Shown: positions 34,623-47,147 of the stretch, piece by piece
Numbering within the stretch: the first letter of the stretch is position 1
How the letters are laid out: every line of letters starts with the position of its first letter
Assembly (NCBI RefSeq): GCF_964188315.1
Contig: NC_135667.1
Coordinates: 26,226,001-26,290,000 of the forward strand
Length of the DNA: 64,000 nt
Direction of reading: 5' to 3'
DNA from: Podarcis muralis
Taxonomy: Eukaryota
Program-made: the position numbers and the translations under genes
Notes under the pieces: model-generated
The model's input: the letters and a program-made list of their open reading frames with translations, nothing else
Databases searched by the model: none
What the model was told of the DNA's origin: nothing

Positions 34623-35780
34623 TCTAGGATAGTATGATGTGTCACCATTTATTAAAGCCTGAACGGAATAAACATGTGCAGACATTCTTAATATTAGTGT
34701 ATTTTTCATATCTGAGTCTATCTATACAACTTTTATCTGGGAGAGAAAAATAAAAGAAGAGAAGGTGGGACAAAAAAACACACACAAGGGAAATCTGCTC
34801 AAGGGAAATAAAATAGTGTAGAAACTATTTTAGGCACGTCCCCAGTTTGACTAGGGAACATATTGCCTTGAGATGTGGTGTGCTCTCCTTCACTTAAGTT
34901 ATTTAATTCCACTTTCCCCACATGCACTTTGCGTAATCACCTACTCCCTTTTGTTAATTTGACTTTATGCTACTCCTTAAAGGTCCCAGTTGCCTTTCAG
35001 GTTAAGGACAACCAAAAGTTGAGACATGTGGATTTCATGAAAGATATCTACTTTCTTCTTCAAGTCATGCTTACAAACTTTCCCAGAACCCTCTTCTACC
35101 ACTTCTTTAAACTACACTCTATACACCCCACAATCCAATTAAGAGTACATCATTTTTATTCATAGAAATTAATACATGTAACCAACTAGATGTGAGCATA
35201 TGGGCACACTCTACTGCTTATGCCTGAAACTGTTCATATGGGGTTAGAAATGTCCACCATTCACCAATACAATGTTGTGGCAAAATTGTGTTCTCTAGGG
35301 ACTGGAGTTACATTATGGTGTTTAATATTAAGTCAAACAATTGGACTGCCTAGTCCAACATATTCCATCCTGGATTGGACTTGTGATACAAGCAGATGTG
35401 TCATATTATTGTTGCATCACTCAATATCCTCTGAGGTCGGCCACCAGCAATAATACATACCAGATATTTCCTCTATAGAACAGTAATCCTTTTATTAAAA
35501 AATAGTTTTTATTGGGGGGTTTTGTGTTACAAAACAAACAGATAAACAGGCAATAATATTCTTAAGGTGATGACCCTGCCTGGCACATGACAGAAAAGTG
35601 ATATGTCCTGATTTCTACCCCCACCCCTCCTAAACACCTTTCAGTTGGCCTAATTTTGTAGTCAATTTTAGTTTCTGGACTTTTAAAGGGCAGCATGCAC
35701 AGTGGGAATTATCATAGTCCAGTCTGGATGATTTTTTTTTATGTAAGGGTGTAAATTTGGGTGATAATTGTGAACACACT

Positions 35781-36517
35781 GTTGTTGTTTAGTTGTTTAG
35801 TCATGACTCCATGGACCAGAGTATGCCAGGCACTCCTGTCATCCACTGCCTCCCGCAGTTTCGTCAAACTCATGTTTGTAGCTTCGAGAACACTGTCCAA
35901 CCATCTCGTCCTCTGCCGTCCCCTTCTCCTTGTGCCCTCCATCTTTCCCAGCATCAGGGTCTTTTCCAGGGAGTCTCCTCATGAGGTGGCCAAAGTATTG
36001 GAGCCTCAACTTCAGGATCTGTCCTTCCAGTGAGCACTCAGGGCTGATTTCCTTAAGAATGGATAGGTTTGATCTTCTTGCAGACCATGGGACTCTCAAG
36101 AGTTTCCTCCAGCACCAGAATTCAAAAACATCAATTCTTCAGCGATCAACCTTCTTTATGGTCCAGCTCTCACTTCCATACATCACTACCGGCAAAACCA
36201 AGCTTTAACTATACAGACCTTTGTCGGCAAGGTGATGTCTCTGCTTTTTAAGATGCTGTCTAGGTTTGTCATTGCTTTTCTCCCAAGAAGCAGGCGTCTT
36301 TTAATTTTGTGACTGCTGTCAGCAACTGCAGTTATCATGGAGCCCAGGAAAGTAAAATCTCTCACTGCCTCCATTTCTTCCCCTTCTATTTGCCAGGAGG
36401 TGATGGGACCAGTGGCCATGATCTTCGTTTTTTTGATGTTGAGCTTCAGACCATCTTTTGCACTCTCCTCTTTCACCCTCATTAAGAGGTTCTTTAATTC
36501 CTCCTCACTTTTCCCTA
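35781..36517 (-). mobile_element. BovB (RTE-clade) LINE, 5'-truncated
   Basis: Encodes EEELKNLLMRVKEESAK.GLKLNIKKTKIMA and MLGKMEGTRRRGRQRTRWLDSV; (CAA)n tail; perfect 11-bp TSD GTGAACACACT at 35770-35780 and 36518-36528. Confidence 0.93.
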
Positions 36518-36774
36518 GTGAACACACTAGAGAAAAAATATATTGGGTGTGTGCCAACTATGATCACATATACAACAAATGTTCAAGTGTAACATACATT
36601 ATGCATCTCTCTAATTATTTCAGTGCTATCACATGAACTGATTTTTTTAAAATGCAATGTTTTTTCTCTTGTATGCAGAGGGGCACCCATGAAGGACTCT
36701 ACAAATTCCTGTGTTTATACCAGTGCCTCTCATGCAGTCAGTTTCTAGGAATAGAATAGTGTGATTTCCCTAAG

Positions 36775-39700
36775 CTATTTTGTGAAATTGTTTTTTCTAA
36801 AGAAATTGTTCTTTGTGTTTACTTCTGGCCTTAGAAAAATAATAAACATTTTGGGGGCAAAAATGCAACCAAGTATCCCAGCACTGGACACCAAAATAGA
36901 GAAGATCTCCACAGCCACCATGTATTTCCCCTTGGTGCTCAGATAGGTTGGAATGAAGGATATCCAAACACTGCAAAACACCAGCATGCTAAAAGTAATA
37001 AACTTGGCTTCATTGAAACTATCAGGCAGCTTTCTGGCTAGGAAGGCCACTATGAAGCTGATACTGGCCTGAAGGCCCATGTAGCCCAGGACCATGTAAA
37101 ACATAGCATCTGAGCCTTCATTACATTGCACTACAATCAGCCCAGACTGTGAGACCATATCAAGATCTGGGAAAGGGGCAGATGTGAATAGCCAGATGGC
37201 ACAGATGACAACTTGAATAAGAGAGCAAAAAAGGATAATGTAGTTGGATAGTCTCTTGCCCACCCATTTCCTCATCTTGCTTCCAGGACTTCTGGCCATA
37301 AATGCTACAACCACAGTGGTTGTTTTGGCCAATACACAAGAAAGTGCAAGTGAAAAGATGTTCCCAAAAGCAGCTTGTCGGAAAAGGCAGGTTGTTATTC
37401 TGGGTCGTCCAATGAACAGCAAGGAGCAAATGAAACAAAGCAAAAGGGAGATTAGCAGAAGGTAGGTAAGGCTCCGGTTGTTGGCTTTGACAACTGGTGT
37501 CTTCTGGTGTTTAATGAAGGTTGCAAGCACCAGGACTGTGAGGAGAGCAAAAGTAAGTCCAGTGGAAGCCAACCCTTTCCCTAAAGGTTCATCATAGGCT
37601 AGAAAAGTTGTAACCTTAGGGATACATCTGTTTTGCTTCTTGTTTGGATGTTCAGCTTCTTGGCATGTTTCACACTGATATGCATCTGTAAAAAACACAC
37701 ATAAATTTCCTGTATGGCAGAGCTTTTCAGCATGCAGCCCACATCATGCAACACAGCACATCAGTCAATAATCTACAAAAGCTAGATAATCCCTATTCTG
37801 ATGTCCGATATTGTTTTGGGAAGTGGGGAAAATTTGCAGCTGGCACTGAAGCCCCCACTGCTATGTGGTTTGCTGATGTGCAAACAGATATAGTGTGTAC
37901 AGCACACCAACACACTGAAAGGAGCATTATTTAAGCCCATCCAGCCTCCTTTTCCTTGTTTGGCACCCTCCCACCCTTTTCTGCATTGTGGTTGCTGTAG
38001 TTACTTTGGGGCTGAGTAGGAATTTTTGGCTGGCTTGTCTAGATTTGTGAGAAAGCCCCCCCCCCCTTTCCATACTGTAGGATTGGAATAGGAGATTGTT
38101 AGGTGAGCTGCCTTAATACTTGGCTAGTCATGCTGATTGGTTGATTTGACGATATTGTTCAATTGGCTGATATTTAATTTGGCATTTCAGTTTCATGTGT
38201 TTAAATAGGTGAATCTGGTCACTTTGGCAGAAACGTGGGAAAAGGAACTTCATAGGGCAGGTTGATGACACACTTAGACATAGGTGCAAAATCTTAGGGG
38301 CCAAGGGGGCTTCAGCCCTCTCCCCCATAAAATATTTGAGGGGCAAGTTGATGGGCATCACCATTCAAATTGTATGCGTGCACCGTGTCATATGATTGAT
38401 TATGTGGGGCGGGGCTTACCTGCCCCCCCAATATTTTATTCAAGTTGGCACCCCTTCACTTAGGCTACCTTGTGGATGGGTGGTCCCTCTCAAAGCTGTA
38501 CCTGAAGGATGCACAGCCTGGGAGCAGGATAGGGACTGTCGTTGATGCTAAATTTCCTCATTCAGACAGTTGTAAGGCTTGAAGGGTGGTGATGATATAA
38601 GATTTCCTCTACTCACATTCAGTGTGTGGCTCAGGTAAGCGGTCAGTGGATAGGCTTGCATGGTTTTGTCACCTTTACAGCCATGGGATTTCTTAGTCTG
38701 AGCCAGTTCCCTCTCCTATAGTTTTTTCTGTAGGATTTGTATGTAACGTTTAATAAATAGATCCTTTTTCATCCTAGCTGTATGTGCCTATTTATTTCAG
38801 CCTTAGGCCAAAAATATTTTATCATTGTGTTCTGACTGATCTGAAAATACCATATAGAGGTTAAGCATCTAGTAATATACAGCTCATGTCTGGTTGGTTT
38901 TGTGTGGTAGAATGCTAACTTTTTAACCCCACCACCACACGCACACACATTGTCAACATAACATTATGCATTATCTTATCCAATGCGGCCAATTGATCTG
39001 AATGAAAAATCCAGGCATATAATATAGTCTGTCTATTAAAAACAATTAATATTTGAAATATATAGTTTGGATAGTGCCTCTGAAATTACCTACCTGTCTG
39101 GTGTGAAATGGTCCCCTCTGGGCACTGAGAACAATAATAGCAGCAAGATGGTTCACTCTCATGAGCTTTTTTGTAGTATCCAGGGGGGCATCTTTCAGTG
39201 CACATAGAAGGAGGCAATGCCTAACCATAAAAAGAAGAAAATACAGTTCGGTGAATTTCAGGTTATAAATTCATTTCTCTGTATTTTAGCCTGAAGTTGT
39301 ATATTTAACCTCTGTTTTTAAAAGACAAAGACAAAGTGATCACACTCCAGTGTTTAAAATAAAATAACTAGGTATAAAACTTGGGCAGAAAACCTTGTCC
39401 CACTCACATGCAATGTCAAAGTACTATGCGTAATCTAACTGGTCCACCATTGAGATATTTATGTATCATTTTAAAGTGAAGTTATCAGGTTGATTCAGTT
39501 GATCCAAATAACAGAGGCAGTTTAGGTTTCTTTATTTTTTCTACATAGGTCAATTTGGTATGTGCCAAAATCAAGTTCTTCGTCACTAAAGCTTTTAGTT
39601 ATTAGAGGTAAGCGAATAAGCTCTTTCATGGCAAATTGAGAGGATTAAAAAAAAAAAAAAACCAAACAAACCCAAAACCCCCAAAACCCTCATGTCTTGA

Positions 39701-42700
39701 GAAACAATGGAATTCATTCATTTCATTTTCTAGATTGAATCCCACAGATTTTGGGAAACTATGAAAAATGGCAAATTATTAAAATCTTAATTACCCACCT
39801 GGTTGAAGATGTTGGGCCATATAATGGCATCTTTCTTAATGGTAATTTTTTCATTAGAAGACTGGAAATCTACCATTCCAACTCTTACTCGGATGAAAGA
39901 TTTATTTGGAAAAGTAACCAAGTTAACAATATCATATGATCCAGTAGACAATTCCATGTTTTCATTAAAGAATACCTCCTCCCCAGCACTGTTGTTGAAA
40001 TGAATTTTTCTCAAAAATGCCTGGAGCTAGATGGGAAAACCAAATCTCAAGATTTATAAATATCATCTCTCATTCTAAGAGTAGCTACTGAGCATCATTT
40101 GGGAACTTGCAATCTTTCACAGAAAGTCTGTGAAACTTCACTATGGTTACTTATTTACTAAATGACTTCAGCGAAGGTGTTTGAAATCCATCAAAGATTC
40201 AGTATTTCTGACCTTCACTAGCAACATGTGTAACACTAGTCCACCCATTGCAAAAGTACTGAGACTAAATATCTCATATTACCTCCCATGGCAGCAGTGC
40301 CCAATGATCCAATCCAGCAGGTTTCCCCCTCACTCTTTGCCCTTGTGCAAGAAAAGCATGTAAAGCATGTGCCAAAGCATGGACTGCATTGTAGATACTA
40401 TAGCTCTGATCAGACATGCTCATTTCAAGCACAGTCCCAGGAAGACTATTTAACTTTTCCTTGCCTGTACAGTGCTTTTTATTTAGAGTTCTGCACTGAA
40501 ATGCAGCTTCCCAAAACATTTTCATAAATAAACTATTTTGGTGCCGGTGAGGGTCATACATCTGGAGAAAACTCTGAAATCCTGGTACATGGTTTTTGTG
40601 GATTGTCATGAACAAGGAGCCATGGAAGTATTTCAGGTTCCAGTTATTCCAAATAACACTTGAGGTGAAATCACACTGGACTGTGGTAATCCAAACCTTC
40701 TCTTTGGGTTTCCTTCCCAAGTAATACTCAGTATACAGCATCATCTGTAAACCTTGCATTGAGTAAGTGTCTCCATCTGCAACAATCACATTGGCTTTGG
40801 TCCTATGAAGTGTTGCCAGGATATTTCCCTTAGAAAATATATTCCATGCACTAGAGGATTGGAGAAAGACTAATGGTGCCTTCTCTGCAAAGGCAACACA
40901 GATGCCATTCTCATTGAGCATACATTTCATACTTTGCACAAACCGTTCACCACTGTCATCATCTGAAACAATAAGGCCAATCCATGTCCATCCCAAATAT
41001 TTTATCAAGTGCACTATCCCTTCATTCTGGGTATTGTCGTTTGGGACCATTTGGTAGGTAAAAGGGAAATAGGTTTTATCGCTCAGTCCTGGGTGAAATG
41101 AGCCATAACTGAGCTGAAAAGAGAGGGAAATGCAGTATTTTAAGCTGTGAAAGTTGTTGTTGTTATTTTACAAAGTTGATCCCATAAAACATTTACTGAG
41201 AATTTTTCTGACGGTATCTATGATGAATGTTCTGCAGTATATCACGGATGTTCTATGAAAAACTGGACATAGTGAATAGAAGATGGGTTTGATATGTAAC
41301 ATATATATTTTATATACATATTCACAACTTAAATATTCAGTAAAACAACCTTATTAAAACAACACTTTACCTAAAACAGACAGGTAGAGTAATCAAGAGA
41401 ATTTCTGTGTAAACACATATGTCTTCAAAAGTCAGTGGAATGCCAATATAGATGGGGCCTATTGGTATTTCAGCAGCATGTCATAAACAAACAAACAAAC
41501 AAACAAAAATGAGAATATCATGCCTCTTAAAAAAGGCAGGTTGAAACAAAAAGAGTGGGTACTCTCTACTTTTCCAAAAAAGAAAAAAGAAACATACTGC
41601 TCAAGGATGGCTGGCAACAACTCATTTGTCATATAAAAAGCATATTCTTGTTTGAAGTATATGATATACAGTAGTTGGGCATACAACTACAGTGCAGTGC
41701 ACATACAATTTGCTCTTCATATGGTGCAGTTTCTGTGAGCTGCTCATGCACCAAATAAAGGCAGTACATTTCTGCTGGTGGAAATACATGTCTCAACCTA
41801 GGCTGAAAGAAAATCAGACTGCCCAAAGAACATAGAAATCCATATACAAATAGATGAGTTTTCAAAAGGGGAGTCACAGCAGGATGCACAAATCAGATTT
41901 CTGATCACTCATCTATATAAACCCATATCTCTGGTGCTTTTTTGTACTTAAACATCAGAAATTTCAACGTGTCAAACATGAGAAACAGTGAAATTTCATC
42001 TCTTGCACAGTTATCTGTAAACTTTCTCTCCACACAACCCTACCTGTGGAATCTGGTAGAGGCTTAAGAGAGTGGCTATTTGCATAGAAGCTTCAGAGCC
42101 AAGTGCTCCAATGACTGCCAACATCTTTTGCATTCTGCACCTGGTATTAGGGAAGCTGTTTTTCTTTGCTGACAGCAAGGACAGTGTGATATCATAGTTT
42201 AATCTTGCTTGGAACATATTATCATAGATCTGGAATCCCAGAGTAGAATTGGGTAGAAGGTTTGAATCTTTGTTGATCTCATCAATAGCAAAATTGAAGG
42301 CAAAGACATGCTGATAATTCTTTTTCATCAACCTACAAAGACAGTAATATATATTTTTTATTTGCACAGCACTTCTTTCTCTCACCTACTCGCCGGTTGC
42401 AAAGAGACCCAATTGATAATGTATTTCACAGCTGATAACCACCATGGCTCAGAAAGAGAAGACAAAGGTTTTCTCTTATGCTTTTTCAAAATACCCGCAC
42501 ACAGCTACGTGGTTATAAAACCACACGGTTTGAGTGGATATCCAGAAATCTGGTCATGCATTGGTCATTGAACAGATCTTAAACACTGTAGTTATTTTAC
42601 ATGCATATGACTATAGTCTTCTCCATTGAAAAGCACTGACAGCAATATAACAGAGAGCAGCCATTTCAGACCTGAAACACACTTGCATTTTGTATTTGGG

Positions 42701-44507
42701 ATTCATTTTGCAATCTGTGTACATAGCTGAGCTACAGAAATCAATAAGTGTACACATGTGTAGTGAGAGTGTGTGCACCTGTATTTTGTGTAATTTGTGA
42801 ACACATATTAAGTTATTTAAGACTGACCTTCATTACAAGAAAGGTATACACTTTGGGAACAGAGACATAGATATTGGGGTCATGTCCAACTTTACGATTC
42901 TAGGATTAATCCACGTTGGGAGCCTGAGTCAACTCCCCGTGGTTGATATAGAAGCTCCACACTCTGCCAGCTCCTCCAACTCAGGGCTCAAGGCTGGTGC
43001 CATGACCTACTGGCCTCGCTGGGCATGTGCCATAGCCCAGCACCCCTCAACCAGCATATTAGGAGTGCTGAATTATTGCAGCAGTAGAATTTGGGGTTTT
43101 AATACATGTTTATTTATTCACTTTCCTCCCTTTCCTCCAGGGAGCTCTTGGTGACATCAGTGATTTTCTGCTGCATATTATAAGTTCCAAATTACCCTGG
43201 GTTAGGCTGAGAGAGGTACTGATTGGCCCAAGGTCACCCAGCGAGCTTCATAGCTGAGTCCTGGGTCTCTTCCCAGTCCTAGTGCATCACTCTAACCACT
43301 ACATCACACTGGCAAAGTTATTTACCGCATAGACACAAATAAGCCTGAGTCTTAGCTGTGGTTTCTGCATTGCAGGACTTGGACTGGATGTTCCTTTGGG
43401 TCCCTTCCAACTCTACAGTTCTATGATTCTATGATTCCTAGGATCTCTTGTGCAAACTTATAATATCTATTACAAATCTATTTTACACCAAACATTTTGG
43501 GGATATTTACTACATGCTATTTTCTGTCCATTGGTGCCGCAGCCTACAAATTCCCAAGCAACAGCCCAATCCACACAAGCTTTTACTACAGAAACATGTG
43601 CCTAAGTGCTTACACTTAGGACTTGCTTATGGGGCATTTAACCCACTACAAAGGGTTTCTTTCATCGCTTCAGTGTTCTCCCAAGCAATCAAAATCAATC
43701 TTCTCTCAGTCAAAAACCTACTACACATTCAATGTGCTATTGCATAGCTTTCAGATGCAGGCTGGTGAATGATTGTTCTGTTGTCAAACCTCTCGCTCGG
43801 CAGTGGATGAAGTGGTCTTCATTTGCCTACACTCCCCCGTGCTCTAAAGGTTGTATAAATTGGCCTTAAATGCTCAGAATCAGGGTTTGCCTTTATACAA
43901 TCACTAATTTGGGTTGAGATTCATTCACAAACTACCATATTCGGGTCTGCACAATAAGCCTGCTTCCCACCAAAATTGGACTTTCTGTGATAAAGGAAGC
44001 TGGAAAGTGTGGTATAACCATTGCTTGAAAGGTGATGGAATAATGTAGTGGAAAGTGTGAGTGAGATAAGGTAAAGGTAAGATAAAGACAAAGGTGAGAT
44101 AAAGATTGCTTGCTGAAACATCATATCATCTCCCTTCCCCAAAATAAAAAGAGAACGAATACTCAATGAAGAGTTGACACCATCTAATCTCAGTGCAAGC
44201 TTTGTGCAAACAAATCAGGAGGAATGTTCAATAAGAAGGAAAACTGGAACTACTTAGATACTGTCATTTGTTTAAACATATGCACACTTAACTGGAACAC
44301 ACGTTTGCTGAAGCTCTCGGGTAGCATCTTAAAGGAGTCATCAGGATATACACCCATGCGCAGAGACAAAACTGTACCAATAACATGGTCCCCTGGCTTT
44401 AAAAAATCATCTTCATATCTGTGAGCTGTTGCTTTGCATTTTTCCTTCAAATTATTATTGGTGGCCTGGGGCAGGAGCTGTAGCAACAGCAGCAGCACGA
44501 GTAGCAT
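36775..44507 (-). CDS. Vomeronasal type-2 receptor, intact six-exon gene, ~866 aa (V2R-C)
   Basis: Exons (minus): 44507-44293, 42332-42044, 41113-40283, 40026-39799, 39220-39094, 37685-36775. GT-AG, phases 2,0,0,0,1, total 2601 nt, open frame. The intron-1 donor is the weaker GTTAAG. Confidence 0.9.
38279..38455. mobile_element. Short MITE-like repeat
   Basis: CATAGGTGCAAAA...AAGTTGGCACCCC ends resemble a common lizard MITE. TSD not resolved. Confidence 0.4.
43195..43313 (-). mobile_element. Decayed tRNA/CORE SINE (Squam3/MIR-like)
   Basis: Reverse complement reads GCCAGTGTGATGTAGTGGTTAGAG...GGGTGACCTTGGGCCAATCA...TCTCTCAGCCTAAC. Confidence 0.65.
43355..43437 (+). mobile_element. CR1 LINE extreme 3' end
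   Basis: GGTCCCTTCCAACTCTACAGTTCTATGATTCTATGATTC tail. Confidence 0.8.
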
Positions 44508-45217
44508 CTTATGTCATTGCAGCCCATAAGCCTTATTCATTCTCACTGACTGTAGTAGCTTACAAGACATAGCATGAATATGGACAGGATGCAATGTTAT
44601 AGATCACCTTGTTCCATGCTGGCTCTTTTGAGATATTATTCATGTCAGTCATGACAAAGACCTGCTATATCCTTGCTCAATACAGTTTTCAATAAACTTT
44701 AGAGCATTTATAGTAGATCTCACCACTGATGCAAGGTTTTGCAAGGTTCTTCAATTGATTTAATTTGTTTTCCTATTGGTGTTGCCAGTTAGTTCTTAAA
44801 TTCTCTGGAGCTTTTACAGTGAAAAGACTCAGGCACTGTATTTTCAATAATTATAGGGAAGATAGTGGTATCTCTAGTCTTTCTCACACAAACACACTTT
44901 CTCTCATTGTTCCAATAGAATGGCAGGAAAACACTTATATGCAGAAAGAAGGGATGAATAAAAAACCGGGGTGGGGGTGGGTAGAAGAATTCATTTCCTG
45001 TAAGAAAATAGATTTATTTCCCACACTCTGTCAAAAGGTCATAGGACAGTTTACAACACAGTAACAAAATAAAGAAGCATAGCATGCAAACATGCAAATA
45101 CATAATAAGCATATTAATGCTGCATATTGCATAAGATTTAGAATCACCAAATCTAACAAGGAATTTGAGACATTTTAAAATTCATTTCAACATAATTTAT
45201 TTTGTCTATTCATCAAT

Positions 45218-46165
45218 TCACTTATAAACTTTTACCAAAACCCTTTTCTTCCATAGTTTTATTAGGGCTCCCTGCATTTCCTTGTTTCTTAGGCTGTAAA
45301 TAATTGGATTTAACAGTGGTGTTACAACAGTATAGGAAAATGATAAAAGCTTGTCCAGTGGTGGAGAGTAGCTGGATTTGGGTTTTAAGTACATGGAACT
45401 AGATGTACCATAGAAGAGAATAACAACTATTAAATGTGAGGAGCACGTGGAGAAGGCTTTATATCTCCTCTCCAAGACTGGCATCCCCATGATGGCAAAG
45501 ATAATGCCCATGTAAGACAGGATGATCAGCACGAATGGTAGCATGATAGCCATCAGAGCAATTCCAATTACTTGGACTTCATTTAGGAAGGTGTCTCCAC
45601 AGACTAGTTCTAACAGTGGCTGTATTTCACAGAAGAAGTGGTTGATGATCACACCACAAAATTGCAGGCGAAATGTGACAGTAGTATGGACCAGCCCAAC
45701 TGCAGTCCCACAAATGTATGAGCCAGTCACCATTATCCAGCAAACATTTCTCCTCATGATAATTGTGTAATGCAAAGGGTGGCATATTGCAACGTAGCGG
45801 TCAAATGCCATGGCAGCTAGAAGAAAACACTCAGCAACCCCAAAAAACAGGAAGAAGAACATTTGCATGGCACATCCCATAAAGGAAATAAATGTAGCAT
45901 TCACCAACAAATTCTCTAATAATTTGGGGATTATGACTGACATATAGCATCCCTCCAAGCTGGCCAAGTGCATAAGGAAAAAATACATTGGAGTGTTAAG
46001 CATAGGGTCAGATTTTACAAGCAGAATTATCAAGCTATTGATCATTAAGGTGATTATATAGAGGGAGAGCAGCACTACAAATATTAACACATGGAACTTG
46101 TGAGTCTCTGAAAAACCCACCAGTATGAATGCAGACAAAGTTGTGGCATTTTCTTGACGACTCAT
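45218..46165 (-). CDS. Olfactory receptor, class II (family 10-like), intact, 315 aa (OR3)
   Basis: LNTPMYFFL, MAFDRYVAICHPLHY, INHFFCE, KAFSTCSSHL, PLLNPIIYSLRNKE motifs in one ORF. Confidence 0.96.
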   Translation of the reverse strand: MSRQENATTLSAFILVGFSETHKFHVLIFVVLLSLYIITLMINSLIILLVKSDPMLNTPMYFFLMHLASLEGCYMSVIIPKLLENLLVNATFISFMGCAMQMFFFLFFGVAECFLLAAMAFDRYVAICHPLHYTIIMRRNVCWIMVTGSYICGTAVGLVHTTVTFRLQFCGVIINHFFCEIQPLLELVCGDTFLNEVQVIGIALMAIMLPFVLIILSYMGIIFAIMGMPVLERRYKAFSTCSSHLIVVILFYGTSSSMYLKPKSSYSPPLDKLLSFSYTVVTPLLNPIIYSLRNKEMQGALIKLWKKRVLVKVYK

Positions 46166-46573
46166 GGCCTCACTGAGATATTTAGCTTCTTCAGTACTGC
46201 TGTTTGTATCTACATCTAGCAGTCTACTATTTCACCACCAACCTATTCATTGATTAATTCATCCATAATCATGACTCCTGCTTGTTTTCTTTTAAACTAA
46301 TGTCTGACTAGTAGCCTAATCACTTTTGATCATCTTTTGTTTTCTGCATGTTCAGTGCTCCTGGTGAAGATGTGAAACATAATAATTTTCTTGCTTTTAT
46401 TTCATGGCATCAGTTTCTTATAAGTAAGATTACTTCCTCTGCCACTCTTTGCTCTGTAAGACAACCAAAAATAACATGTTGGGGTTTGTTTTTGTTTTTA
46501 AAAAAGAGAGAAGTTCATCTTATGTGTGTGAATATGTAAAGTCACATGGAAAACTAGAACAAATCTCTTACAT

Positions 46574-46703
46574 CAGGGATGGAAAACTTATGGTCCTTTA
46601 GGTGTTCTTAGACTACAGTTCTTATTATCCCAGACCATTGGATATGTTGGTTGTAACTGATGGACTCCAACCTCCAATTGGAGGCCATAGATTTCCATCT
46701 CTG
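46574..46703. mobile_element. Short hAT-type MITE, decayed
   Basis: CAGGGATGGAAAAC...GATTTCCATCTCTG inverted ends. Confidence 0.65.
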
Positions 46704-46994
46704 TCTTGGAGCTTGATTGCATAGACCTTGGGAAGTGGACAGTGAATGTTTAGTACCTGGCATGCCACAACCCTAGGCTAATAGGCTGATTTGGGTTGTA
46801 CGCCAAAGTCCAATGACACATGTGGGTAACCTAATGTGATGTGGGGAAACATGACATTTCAGTTTGCAGTGTTTTATCTGTGGTGACTGATACCCTTATC
46901 TAAGTTATTACCTTACTACAGTCAATGAATATGCATGTGTGTGAACCAGACTATAGTTCTAGTCGTGGAGCTGTACAACACTTCAGAATATTTG

Positions 46995-47147
46995 CCTGTC
47001 TAGCACAGTATTGTCTGCTTTGACTGCAGCAGCTTCCCAGGCTCTTAGGCAAAGAGAGAGAGAGAGAGGTCCTTCATCTGCTACCTATGCCTTTTAACTG
47101 GAGATTGCAGAGCTTGAATTCTGAGCCTTCTACTACTGACTATGGTC
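46995..47147 (-). mobile_element. Decayed tRNA-derived SINE fragment
   Basis: ACAGTATTGTCT...CAGCAGCTTCCCAGG matches in reverse the body of the 4097-4289 SINE type. Confidence 0.45.

Noticed and set aside
46166-46175. Splice acceptor 7 nt before the OR3 ATG as a further V2R-OR fusion site
   Set aside because: Weak pyrimidine tract, not phase 0, and the upstream V2R-D is a pseudogene.
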